64,000 nt of DNA, taken from IMG/VR virus record IMGVR_UViG_3300006919_000037, one strand, 5' to 3'. Below the pieces are notes generated by a model that saw only the letters and a program-made list of their open reading frames with translations, did not search any database and was not told where the DNA came from. This document shows positions 1 to 9,201 of the stretch, one piece after another; the first letter of the stretch is position 1, and the number at the start of each line of letters is the position of its first letter. The translations under genes were made by a program, and so were the position numbers. This DNA comes from a virus. Taxonomy: Duplodnaviria > Heunggongvirae > Uroviricota > Caudoviricetes.

Positions 1-181
1 ATGGCTTGAATGGTACAATACCATCATCCAGTGTCACAATCTTGACATAGCTCTCAATGAAATATATCGAATCATCGTGACATTTTCGGTATTCGTCTTT
101 TTCTGCTTGGGTATAGGCATAGACAGTCCCGGCTCTCAGAAGATTGGGGTTGCCTTGATACCCTTCGTCTCTAACTACCAT
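1..181 (-). CDS. gp17: Terminase large subunit, N-terminal fragment (runs off window edge)
   Basis: Manual translation from ATG at 181: MVVRDEGYQGNPNLLRAG...YFIESYVKIVTLDDGIVPF, the typical T4-like gp17 N-terminus; overlaps the gp16 stop. Confidence 0.85.
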   Translation of the reverse strand, partial: MVVRDEGYQGNPNLLRAGTVYAYTQAEKDEYRKCHDDSIYFIESYVKIVTLDDGIVPFKP

Positions 182-650
182 CTTCCTCTGCTTCCTCATT
201 TTTTATCTGTTTGAGGTAATCGGCAGGAGTTCCAATGAAGACGGCTTTCTCAACATTCATGGATGAACCAGCATCAGCCTTCTGTTTGGTTGGCCCCTGT
301 TTCGAATCCATTATCTCTCTCTTCTTGATGTGTAAGTCCATCTTGTCGAGTTCAGCCTTTGTCGTCACCTTGAAGAGTTTGGAGAAGGCATCTATAGACT
401 CAGGTGTGTCCGTGCCCATGGCAATGTCTGCTGATCTTTGCAGCACATCCAACCCAAGCATCGTGATGTTTTTCAGATTTTTCCGTGCTTCTTCAAAATC
501 GTCTTCAGCCATCTTGTTATCCACGGGTGGATTTTTGATGTCTGTGATTTCGGTTGGCTTCTTTACGGCAATATCGAACCCTGAAGTTTTCTCTAACACT
601 TCATGGTAATCGATATCCAACACTTCTGAAAGTCCTTGATGTTTGCTCAT
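171..650 (-). CDS. gp16: Terminase small subunit
   Basis: DFEEARKNL helix, C-terminal VFIGTPADYLKQIK motif, position between gp15 and gp17. Confidence 0.75.
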   Translation of the reverse strand: MSKHQGLSEVLDIDYHEVLEKTSGFDIAVKKPTEITDIKNPPVDNKMAEDDFEEARKNLKNITMLGLDVLQRSADIAMGTDTPESIDAFSKLFKVTTKAELDKMDLHIKKREIMDSKQGPTKQKADAGSSMNVEKAVFIGTPADYLKQIKNEEAEEDGS

Positions 651-1658
651 TTAGTCTAATGTCTCCGGATATTCTATGTACGTTTCTGTATATCCAAAAT
701 CGTCTGTTGGTTCAGCATCGATTGGATCAGGAGTGATCTTGATAGATGCAAGTTTCAATGGTGAGGCATCAAAACTGGCAATGCTGTATGCCGAATTGCT
801 TTCCGTCCCACGGATAGTTTGACCAACTATGAACTGACCCTGTGCACCACCGATCCGGATGTATGCATTGTTTGCATCAAAGGCCACCACAATACCGGCT
901 GCATTTGATGTCTGGACAGATGGTCCCTGATACACAGTCTCTTCAATTTTGAAGGTCCCGTTGTTACCATTATTTAGGTTAAGTCTGACAATTGCCCCAG
1001 ATTGTAGTGATGGGTCCAGATATGTGTTGGCAAAGACAGTCCGGATTATGCCCGTGTTGGCCACCGGTCCATAGAACCATGCCTTCATTGTAAACTGTAG
1101 TGTCCACTGGACAACCCGGAAGGTTTCGGTATCACCTTCGTAATCAACAGTCTTCTGGACAGAATCCAGAATTACCGGTGTGTCCATGGTGAACCCCATG
1201 TCATTTATGGGGATTGCCGGTATGGTGAATTCGGGTGTGAAGGTTGGCAATATCTGCTCTACGATTTGATCTGCATCCATTGTTGTACGGCCAAACACAC
1301 TCACTTCAAACGTGATGTCGTATGGCACACCGTCATATTGGGTTCTCAAGGTTGAACCCGTGTTGGCAGATGAATTACGGATGAGTGGATTCCTCTTTCT
1401 CATACCATCATACGTGTATGAAATATCCTGAAAGGCAATCATGGGTAGTGTCATCTGGCCGGGGTTTGTCAGATGCTGGTCGGCATTAAGCCTCTCAAAA
1501 TACTTTTCCTTCGGCCCGTAACGAACCGGCACCTTGATACGTTCAATCTCAGTCCCGGTCTCACTGGTCTCACGGTGAATCCATATATTGTTGAACATGG
1601 TTCCAATGGCCATGATGTATTTTCGGGTGAGTTTGTGGTAAAAGTGTCCTTGTAGCAT
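651..1658 (-). CDS. gp15: Tail sheath stabiliser / tail completion protein
   Basis: HFYHKLTRKYIMAIGTMFNNI, IKVPVRYGPKEKY and QILPTFTPEF motifs. Confidence 0.9.
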   Translation of the reverse strand: MLQGHFYHKLTRKYIMAIGTMFNNIWIHRETSETGTEIERIKVPVRYGPKEKYFERLNADQHLTNPGQMTLPMIAFQDISYTYDGMRKRNPLIRNSSANTGSTLRTQYDGVPYDITFEVSVFGRTTMDADQIVEQILPTFTPEFTIPAIPINDMGFTMDTPVILDSVQKTVDYEGDTETFRVVQWTLQFTMKAWFYGPVANTGIIRTVFANTYLDPSLQSGAIVRLNLNNGNNGTFKIEETVYQGPSVQTSNAAGIVVAFDANNAYIRIGGAQGQFIVGQTIRGTESNSAYSIASFDASPLKLASIKITPDPIDAEPTDDFGYTETYIEYPETLD

Positions 1659-2536
1659 TATATTGTCCCGAATGGATTGGTTTCAGTCTTATCAAGATTG
1701 GTGTTGGCACCAACTTCCATATATTCATTATCACTGACTGTGTAGTCCATATGATCCTGTCTATCATCGTATGAGTCCAGCACCCAGTCTGTTCCGGATG
1801 TTTCCCCGATAACATTGGCACCGGCCATGAACAGACCCTTGATATCAATAATATCAATGACGTTGTTTGCCGGGAACACATCACTGATCTGTGCAGATGC
1901 TGTTGATACAGTGAGGTTGGCTCCCTGATAAACAGTTTCACCGATCTGGAAGTTCCCCACACCGGCTGTGTCGAGATTTAGTCTTATGACGTATGACATA
2001 TCATTTTCGATCTGATCGATAATATCGATTCCTGTGTCAAATTCCTCATGGGAGAAGATGTACTTCTCAACTCTGATTTCGTAGATCATGGCTTCACGTC
2101 TACCAAGCTGGAAATATTCGTTTTCATGCTGGACAAACTTGATTTCAAATATGGAGTTCATGACCGGCACCCAAATGAGGTCACCTTCCCGTGGTCTTGG
2201 TAAAACGGTCTCTGGTATGTACTTTCTGAAAGTCCGTCTGGGAACAACAAGGTTGGTTGCTTCGTTGACCTGAAGTCCGAATTTGGTAAAGAAGTCTTCA
2301 CCAGAGGTCCAGCTTTCAACAGATGCAATATACATCTCCATCTGGTAATAGGTTTCGAATTTAGACGTTGGGTCTTCACCAAACACAAGGTCTACGGCTT
2401 CCTCAGTGTCCCTGACAAGGTAATATACATCCTCACCATATATCTGGGTCACTTCAACCATGAGGTCTTCCATGAGACGTTGCTCATTGGTTACTGCTGC
2501 TGATCCGTTATTCCGGAAATAGTGATTCGTTGCCAT
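1658..2536 (-). CDS. gp14: Neck protein
   Basis: EQRLMEDLMVE, YGEDVYYL, RPREGDLIW, FYQLG-like motifs; synteny 13-14-15. Confidence 0.85.
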   Translation of the reverse strand: MATNHYFRNNGSAAVTNEQRLMEDLMVEVTQIYGEDVYYLVRDTEEAVDLVFGEDPTSKFETYYQMEMYIASVESWTSGEDFFTKFGLQVNEATNLVVPRRTFRKYIPETVLPRPREGDLIWVPVMNSIFEIKFVQHENEYFQLGRREAMIYEIRVEKYIFSHEEFDTGIDIIDQIENDMSYVIRLNLDTAGVGNFQIGETVYQGANLTVSTASAQISDVFPANNVIDIIDIKGLFMAGANVIGETSGTDWVLDSYDDRQDHMDYTVSDNEYMEVGANTNLDKTETNPFGTI

Positions 2537-2539
2537 GGG

Positions 2540-3298
2540 TTATCCAGTGAAAAACATTGGTGGTTGTTCGTAAGTGGCACGAATGAATTCTTCCTGTGCT
2601 TGGATTTCATTCATGGCTTCATCGTAGATCGTCTGGCCATTCATCTCAACACCACCGATAAGCTGGACTCCCTGATACTTCTTCATGTTCGTACCCCACT
2701 GCTTTTTCAGGTACAGTGCAGCAAGTTCCTGTAGGTTTCTGTCTGCATAAATGTCCGGATATGTCTCAGGGTCTGATACGATCTGGCAGTCAAGAATGAT
2801 GTACTGGCCAGCCGATATGTCATTCACCCAATCCCAGTCTATGAACAGCTTGTTCATGTGCCTGTTATGCCGTGTAGGAGCCTCACCAGTGAACAACATC
2901 TGCAAATCTGCAAGATGCTGCCTCATGATGTAATAACTCGTTGCTTGGATACCTGTGCCCGACTGAAGGTCATTCAATCTCATCTGGTATCTCAGGTCAA
3001 ACATGTCTCCAATATTGTTGCTGTTTGAGACTGGAAGGATTTTCCGGATACCAATTATGTTCAGCCCGGTTGTGGTTTCCGAAACGTCAATATATTTGTT
3101 GGTGATATCATCAGTGGTAATCAGGTGTCTGTAATACTCGTTGTATGTTCCATCTTCATGAAACTCTCTGAAAAAATACAGAGCATCATCGATCCGATCA
3201 TCAACCTGATCATCATCAACGTTGATTTCCACCACTGGCCACCCCAGCTTTCTCATGACTGTATCTTTGAATTGCTCTCGTGTTACGGGTTGTGCCAT
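2540..3298 (-). CDS. gp13: Neck protein
   Basis: LGWPVVEINVDDDQVDDRIDDAL and KKQWGTNMKKYQGVQLIGGV motifs. Confidence 0.9.
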   Translation of the reverse strand: MAQPVTREQFKDTVMRKLGWPVVEINVDDDQVDDRIDDALYFFREFHEDGTYNEYYRHLITTDDITNKYIDVSETTTGLNIIGIRKILPVSNSNNIGDMFDLRYQMRLNDLQSGTGIQATSYYIMRQHLADLQMLFTGEAPTRHNRHMNKLFIDWDWVNDISAGQYIILDCQIVSDPETYPDIYADRNLQELAALYLKKQWGTNMKKYQGVQLIGGVEMNGQTIYDEAMNEIQAQEEFIRATYEQPPMFFTG

Positions 3299-3633
3299 TA
3301 TTCTGTGATCCTTGGATTAACTATGAAATGCCCCTCATGGGTTCTGTCCTTTAACGATCCTGTATCATAGATGATATCAAAGAGGTAACGTCCACCTCTT
3401 ATGTTTGCAGTGTTGGCACTATCCAGTGATACGTTAAACACACCGTTTGCAGCATCTGTAATCGTACAAACAAGATTGGCTGTGACATTTGATGAGTAGT
3501 ATGATTTTTTGACTTTGGATGTGATAGTATAACCGGATATGTTCACATTGGCATTTGTAAGGGTATCATTCAATACAAGTGTGTGGACAAAATCAGTGCC
3601 CTGATCTACATATAGTTCTAAATACTTGGACAT
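3298..3633 (-). CDS. Small virion structural protein (conserved T4-like type)
   Basis: LYVDQGTDF...GRYLFDI pattern; abuts gp13. Confidence 0.6.
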   Translation of the reverse strand: MSKYLELYVDQGTDFVHTLVLNDTLTNANVNISGYTITSKVKKSYYSSNVTANLVCTITDAANGVFNVSLDSANTANIRGGRYLFDIIYDTGSLKDRTHEGHFIVNPRITE

Positions 3634-3657
3634 GTGGGACTCCCGGTGCTTTCCAAT

Positions 3658-3665
3658 TATTTAGA
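3658..3665 (-). promoter_or_regulatory. Possible late promoter (TCTAAATA) for the neck/terminase operon
   Basis: Variant of the T4 late promoter TATAAATA, about 25 nt upstream of ORF 3298..3633. Confidence 0.4.
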
Positions 3666-3674
3666 GGATAGAAA

Positions 3675-4175
3675 ATGTCTGTGAAAATTTTACCGATTAT
3701 TCCGATTGATACCTGTACTGCAATCACAAATAAGGTGATTTCAGAATTTATACTACATGGTAAAAAATCACCTATATTTTTTGAAGATTGGCAAGTGCCG
3801 GGTTCTGTGAGTCTTGTTACGGATAAATTTCCATCAATTACCAGAATCTACAAAAATACAACCCCACCAATTACCGACGATTCCTTACAACCCTCACAAT
3901 GGTTTGGACGGTTGTATCTGAAAGGTAATGTTCTTGAACGTCACATAGATGGCCCACATTGTGATCACTCATACACGATCACGGTTGGCCACTCAGGTGA
4001 ATCAAACTGGCCAATCTTCATAGATGGCATACCTTACGAGATACCGATTGGTCATGGTGCATATTACAGAGGTTGTGATATGGAGCACTGGAGAGAAGAA
4101 TTGAAATCCACTTGGCATATCCAACTCTTTTTTCATTACAGCCTGTATGACTGGCAAGGACAACCATTATCATGA
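3675..4175 (+). CDS. 2OG-Fe(II) oxygenase-like protein
   Basis: LERHIDGPHCDHS (HxD), WPIFI and YRGCDMEHWRE (distal His) pattern. Confidence 0.6.
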   Translation: MSVKILPIIPIDTCTAITNKVISEFILHGKKSPIFFEDWQVPGSVSLVTDKFPSITRIYKNTTPPITDDSLQPSQWFGRLYLKGNVLERHIDGPHCDHSYTITVGHSGESNWPIFIDGIPYEIPIGHGAYYRGCDMEHWREELKSTWHIQLFFHYSLYDWQGQPLS

Positions 4176-4702
4176 TAACAGTACATGGTTTATATCGATC
4201 TGGAACCAATTACACCCGGACCCTGTTGACAACAAACACATCAACCAAGGTTCTCCCATCTCATGAATATGCACCACACTCCAAGCATAGAAGATGGTGT
4301 GGTAATTCCAGAAAGATATTGGTGTATAAGGATTTTGATGTCTGGATGGAATCTATTGAAAGACGGTGTTATGACCTAGAGGTTTATGAGGATGTCTTGT
4401 GGGAGCCGGGTCATGCAAAATTAGAGTCGTGGGCTGGTGTGCCAAACGAGAAGTTTTCCGGCAAACATAAGGTGCTTCTCAGTGTGGAGAAGTTAACTAA
4501 ACTGTATCAGGATTTTCACGAGTTTTGGGAAGATACATTACACTATAATTATGTTGATATACTGAAAGACCCCGAAGGGTTTTTGAGAAGCCTTAATATA
4601 CCATTGAATGATGAACTGATTCTAGCTTTCGATCAGGTTAAATCATCAGAACCGGTTACCCAGTCTGAGTTGGTTGATCGATATCTTCATGGAACCATCT
4701 AA
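4172..4702 (+). CDS. Sulfotransferase-like / P-loop-like protein
   Basis: N-terminal GLYRSGTNY resembles the sulfotransferase 5'-PSB loop; later YVDILKDP motif. Confidence 0.45.
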   Translation: MITVHGLYRSGTNYTRTLLTTNTSTKVLPSHEYAPHSKHRRWCGNSRKILVYKDFDVWMESIERRCYDLEVYEDVLWEPGHAKLESWAGVPNEKFSGKHKVLLSVEKLTKLYQDFHEFWEDTLHYNYVDILKDPEGFLRSLNIPLNDELILAFDQVKSSEPVTQSELVDRYLHGTI

Positions 4703-5288
4703 CGGCAATCAGCTTGGTTCCGTCTTTTACAACCCCACCACCATGTAAGGATTCTTTTGTGATATATGGTGTGTAATTGAAGAATATGGCATCACCCGGC
4801 TGGGCATCAACTTTCTTCATGATGTTTGGAAATACAGTAGCCCCACCAACTGAGGCTTTCTTTATATATATGATAAAAGACCCAACCCGTTGACTTCTTT
4901 CAGACAACACATCCTCTTCAAAATAATCAAAATGAGGAAGATACTTTCCACTCTTTGTATACTCTACAAAAGCCCAGTCTGAGGATAGGTGAGATTTCCA
5001 GTTTACCAGCTTATTCATTCTCTTGTCAATATCCATAAGGGTATTGGTTGCCCACTTACCATCCGGATTTATATATTGATCAGACAATCGTCTTGGGTCT
5101 GGCCTTGCTCCCCCGGTTTTTGAACACACTACTGTGGCCCTTTCCCGGTCAAGGGTTTGGGTGTGATTTATGATTGATTGTATTTCATCATGTGATATGA
5201 AGTTTTTGATATGGACCAGTTGCATACCATCATCATGTAAAACTGTGTGATCAAATTCACAGTCGGTTATCAGTGGAATTTTCATCAT
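4656..5288 (-). CDS. Prolyl 4-hydroxylase-like 2OG-Fe(II) dioxygenase
   Basis: YLPHFDYF (HxD), QRVGSFIIY, GGATVFP, PGDAIFF, SLHGG, GTKLIAVRW. Confidence 0.85.
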   Translation of the reverse strand: MMKIPLITDCEFDHTVLHDDGMQLVHIKNFISHDEIQSIINHTQTLDRERATVVCSKTGGARPDPRRLSDQYINPDGKWATNTLMDIDKRMNKLVNWKSHLSSDWAFVEYTKSGKYLPHFDYFEEDVLSERSQRVGSFIIYIKKASVGGATVFPNIMKKVDAQPGDAIFFNYTPYITKESLHGGGVVKDGTKLIAVRWFHEDIDQPTQTG

Positions 5289-5896
5289 ATTCTATATTCA
5301 ATCCCATATAGGAAACTGGTTATTATGCTCTTCTCACCCTCAATGATCTTTTCAGATGCATGGGTGCTTTTGTGTGTTTTATGTGGTGAATAATTCATGA
5401 AAAGTGAAGAGCCTTTTCTTGGGGTGATGGCTATATCCAGTTCCGGATATAAGGTCCGACCACCTGATATGGGTTCCTTGATATATGTTACAAAGGTGCC
5501 TGCTCTCTGTCTTTCTGAGTTTATGATGGAATAATCCATATGGTCATTCACATAACCATCTGATCCGTAGTGGATCATTTTTGGCCTTTCCATATCATCC
5601 TCACCCCAGCCGGTGTATTTGAATATCTCTTTTATGAGATGTTGACAATCACTCTTTTCCATGATCACCATATCACCTTTTCTGAAAGATGCATCTACAT
5701 AATCCTCACCAGTAACCACACTCCAGCATGTGGCTGGGTTCTCCTGATACTTCTTTGAGACTTCTATAATGTTGTCAATTTCCTCATCTGAAATGAAATC
5801 ATGGATGAGAACGATCTGTGGATATTCTGGAAATTTACCTTTACACAGAACTTCCATGTTGCTGGTTATTTTCTTTATGGTCGGCACCTTGAACAT
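5285..5896 (-). CDS. Second prolyl 4-hydroxylase-like dioxygenase
   Basis: DHMDY, QRAGTFVTY, GGRTLYP, PRKGSSL, STHAS, GEKSI. Confidence 0.8.
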   Translation of the reverse strand: MFKVPTIKKITSNMEVLCKGKFPEYPQIVLIHDFISDEEIDNIIEVSKKYQENPATCWSVVTGEDYVDASFRKGDMVIMEKSDCQHLIKEIFKYTGWGEDDMERPKMIHYGSDGYVNDHMDYSIINSERQRAGTFVTYIKEPISGGRTLYPELDIAITPRKGSSLFMNYSPHKTHKSTHASEKIIEGEKSIITSFLYGIEYRI

Positions 5897-7831
5897 TTAA
5901 GACCACCTGAATGATTCAATTTCCTCAAGAGTACACCCGGATGTGATGACAACAAATCCGTTTGCTATATAACCTGCACCCTCATCAAGATGGAGACCAT
6001 ATATCTGTTCGTTTGGATCATTCTGTATATGGAATTCTGGTGATGTGTGTGTCCATCCATCATCTATGGCAAAGCTGTAACCCCTACCCTTTTCAAGTTC
6101 TATTGCTGGACAGTCTCCATCTCCAAAGAATTCTGCTTCCCTCAACCATTGTGCATAGTTGAATGTGCCCCACTGTTGCTCACCAAGAATATCCACCCAC
6201 ATATCATGGTCATCAGAAATTGACAATACCTTTCCTGATGGGTGTGTTACATCCATAATACCACGTTCTGTTCCCAGAACCGGGGTATCAATATCAGTTA
6301 CAAGACCACCAAGACCGGTCATTGTCTTGACTCTGTCTCCAACCTTGATGTTTTCGATTTCCAAGAATCTACCATCTGCCATAGTGATAAGTGTTCCAGC
6401 CACAACACAACACACCGGCCCCGGTGATGGTGTCGGTGACGGTGATGGTGACGGTGATGGTGTCGGTGTCGGTGTTGTTGGGAAGACGTTGGTGTATATA
6501 TCACCAGCAGTTGCATCAACATAACCACCAAGATAACCTTGTCCACCGGCTCCTACGGATTTCCAAGCTCCACTTGTGTATACATATGGTGCAACCTCTT
6601 TCCATGTTCCACCATTGTAAACACTTAGAGAAGACCCATCTACATATCCGGCACCAGTGTGTGCAGACATACCAAATGCCCCGTTTGCTACTAATGCTGT
6701 TATGTTCCGTGCTCTTACATAAGTTCCTACAGCAGAAGTTTCACCCCAGTAATCCAGAGATAATGTGTTAACACCGGCTGTTAAATCAACAACACCCATG
6801 AAACCACCCATTACTGATTCTGCTAATGAACCAAAAGCTGTTCCGGAATTGTCCATCTCAGTTGTTGAGTTTGCAGTGTATTGATATGTTCCATTAACCT
6901 TAAAATTTTTCAAGAAAGAACTTGCTGTTGAGTCTCTTATATTATGCATTGAAGCAAGAATGAGAGCCTTATCAGCAGTGTTCAATGTGAACGATAGTGA
7001 TATTGCTTCGACTGGTGTTGCTAATGTTGTTGAAGCCGTTCTTTCAACATGATTGCTTGAACCGGTTGGCCATTCATCAAGATTTAGGGCTAGAATAGCT
7101 TTCTCTCTGATTCTAATTGTTCCAGAATCAGTACCCTCTGCTCTCAGGTCAAAATTTGCAGATGTGTTGGCAAATGTTCCGGTCCACCAATATGGTCTTG
7201 TGTTATTAATATCCTTACCAGATGGGTTTGATACATAACCATATGGAAGATTATTTGTATCATCCCAAACAAGAACACGGCCTTCATCCCATGTATCAAC
7301 ACCACCATTAGTATCTATGAAACCACATGAAGCAGATATGGAGTAATTTGCAGTTAGTGTTGGTGTGATTTGAACATATGTGTTATATACATCATCACCA
7401 TCAGCAGTTGTGGAACTGGTAGATTCAGTTGAATCAACAGCCCAAAAGTCTGTATCTATAAGCTCAACAACAGAAATTCTAGCATCTTGAATACTGACTG
7501 AACCAGTATCTTGTGATCTATATTCTACATTTAATGTGCTTGGTGCTGCATTGGACACAGCTTCAATAATATACATCCCACCAAACCACAATATGTCTGT
7601 AGAATCTTTGGGTTCCTGAACTTGTGATTGTAAAACCGTTGAGCCATTAGTTAACCGTATCTGACAAGATTCAGTCGTGCTGGTTGCTGATCCAAGGGCC
7701 TGCCAGAACACTGCAAGATTCGAATTGTTAGCAGATGGTGTGAACGTCAAAGAGCATTGTGTTGCATTGGCTGTTGAAGTTGTGCTATTGACAGTCAGGC
7801 TCTCTTCATGATATATTATTCTGTTGGCCAT
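5897..7831 (-). CDS. Fibre/receptor-binding-type virion protein with Pro-rich linker and C-terminal Hint domain
   Basis: Thr/Ser-rich beta-type body, YNGGTWKE motif, (TP/SP)n linker, then CVVAGTLITMADG...IKVGDRV...SDDH...YIANGF Hint motifs; follows a fibre chaperone. Confidence 0.7.
   Translation of the reverse strand: MANRIIYHEESLTVNSTTSTANATQCSLTFTPSANNSNLAVFWQALGSATSTTESCQIRLTNGSTVLQSQVQEPKDSTDILWFGGMYIIEAVSNAAPSTLNVEYRSQDTGSVSIQDARISVVELIDTDFWAVDSTESTSSTTADGDDVYNTYVQITPTLTANYSISASCGFIDTNGGVDTWDEGRVLVWDDTNNLPYGYVSNPSGKDINNTRPYWWTGTFANTSANFDLRAEGTDSGTIRIREKAILALNLDEWPTGSSNHVERTASTTLATPVEAISLSFTLNTADKALILASMHNIRDSTASSFLKNFKVNGTYQYTANSTTEMDNSGTAFGSLAESVMGGFMGVVDLTAGVNTLSLDYWGETSAVGTYVRARNITALVANGAFGMSAHTGAGYVDGSSLSVYNGGTWKEVAPYVYTSGAWKSVGAGGQGYLGGYVDATAGDIYTNVFPTTPTPTPSPSPSPSPTPSPGPVCCVVAGTLITMADGRFLEIENIKVGDRVKTMTGLGGLVTDIDTPVLGTERGIMDVTHPSGKVLSISDDHDMWVDILGEQQWGTFNYAQWLREAEFFGDGDCPAIELEKGRGYSFAIDDGWTHTSPEFHIQNDPNEQIYGLHLDEGAGYIANGFVVITSGCTLEEIESFRWS
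6416..6482 (-). repeat. 6-bp-period tandem repeat encoding PTTPTPTPSPSPSPSPTPSPGP
   Basis: GGTGAT/GGTGTC/GGTGAC units on the + strand. Confidence 0.95.
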
Positions 7832-8178
7832 TATTCAACTTCTGGTTTATCAGGGAATACCACAAAATCCGGATCATCAAAGAATTCCGGAATGTCTCTA
7901 AGCTTCTTTCTATAATCAGCCCACGGTTTTGATATCTTTTCAGGGATGTCCTTCAATTGTGTCCAGTCAGATTCTCTCAAAAGCCTATTACGGTTTCTTC
8001 TGATTTCATCCATCTGTTTCTTGGCTTCTGCTTCATCAAGCCGATTCTCAAGAGTTTTCAGTGAGGGTTTCTTTTTTGGATTATCTGCTGCCCAATCAAG
8101 TGTTTCATATTGATCAGCCGTGATTCTCCACGTTTGATCAGCATAATAGAATTGGAGTACATCTGTTATTGTTGCCAT
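7831..8178 (-). CDS. Tail fibre assembly chaperone
   Basis: IRRNRNRLLRESDWTQLKD...WADYRKKLRDIP...VFPDKP motif. Confidence 0.8.
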   Translation of the reverse strand: MATITDVLQFYYADQTWRITADQYETLDWAADNPKKKPSLKTLENRLDEAEAKKQMDEIRRNRNRLLRESDWTQLKDIPEKISKPWADYRKKLRDIPEFFDDPDFVVFPDKPEVE

Positions 8179-8189
8179 TATGTATTACC

Positions 8190-8981
8190 TTATGCAGTTA
8201 TTTTGAGCCATACGTCACCTTCAGACCCACCTGATGGGTCGGCAGTCGATACGGTCCAGTTTGTGATTGTGTTTCCGTTAGGGAATTGATACCCTACTGT
8301 AGTCTTGACTGTGTTTGCCACGTTCAGTGTCTGGTCAATTACCCCTACGGCATTAATGCTAGTGTATTGACCAACAACCCGTGCCGGTGGAACTGTTCCA
8401 GTTGACAGTGTGGATGCATCGTTTGCAAATGTTGCTGCAAGGTTGGCTTTTGCAAACGAGCCATCTGCTGTGACCTGTGCATTATCTGCATTGGCCAAGG
8501 CAGTGTTGGCCTGATTAAAGGCTGGTGAATAGTCTGTAACGGCTGCATTAGCTGCTGCATATGCTGAATTGGCATGGGTGTATGTCTGTGAAACACTCAG
8601 TGCAGATGCTATGTTTGTGTTGGATGTGTCTGTGACACTCTCTGATAGAGCACCCACTTCAAGATATATTGTACTACCCAGAACAGCCCCGGCCCCACCC
8701 GACACAACAATACCTGTGGTGTTGGATATCAGTGAGAACGAGTTTACGGTCAAGGATGATGAACGGACGTTTGTTACAAGACCAGCATCACCCTTAATCA
8801 ATCCGGAAGCCACGTTCAGTGTTACACCACCGTTCACTCCACCGGCATTGGTAAGGGATAGTGTGCCTGTTGAATTGGCCTGCCCCTCTGTTAGAAGATT
8901 GGCAATAACAACCAACTGGTTTGTTCTCACAATCCATTCGTAGAAGCTATTTGTGCTTACTGCTATGTTACCTAATGCCAT
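8190..8981 (-). CDS. Fibre/structural protein with Ala-Asn coiled coil
   Basis: SFYEWIVRTN start, AYAAAN/AFNQAN heptads, C-terminal PSGGSEGDVWLK. Confidence 0.6.
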   Translation of the reverse strand: MALGNIAVSTNSFYEWIVRTNQLVVIANLLTEGQANSTGTLSLTNAGGVNGGVTLNVASGLIKGDAGLVTNVRSSSLTVNSFSLISNTTGIVVSGGAGAVLGSTIYLEVGALSESVTDTSNTNIASALSVSQTYTHANSAYAAANAAVTDYSPAFNQANTALANADNAQVTADGSFAKANLAATFANDASTLSTGTVPPARVVGQYTSINAVGVIDQTLNVANTVKTTVGYQFPNGNTITNWTVSTADPSGGSEGDVWLKITA

Positions 8982-8982
8982 T

Positions 8983-9201
8983 TTACTTCAATGCCTTGAT
9001 CAGTAGATTTTTGATTTCAGAAAGGTCCTGTTCTAGCTTGTCCAGTCTTTCTTCTGTGTTTATGGTTCTTCTGTTTGCAGATATTGCAGCTTTCTTGGCC
9101 CTATATTCTTCAGCCTCTGCTCTGTTAGTATTTAGGACAGCACCAGACCGTTTGTCTTTGACAAGCCCTCTATGGTCTTTTATTTTATGATGTATAGCCA
9201 T
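8983..9201 (-). CDS. Small conserved hypothetical protein
   Basis: LVKDKRSGAVLNTN plus coiled-coil tail; tightly packed between neighbours. Confidence 0.65.
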   Translation of the reverse strand: MAIHHKIKDHRGLVKDKRSGAVLNTNRAEAEEYRAKKAAISANRRTINTEERLDKLEQDLSEIKNLLIKALK

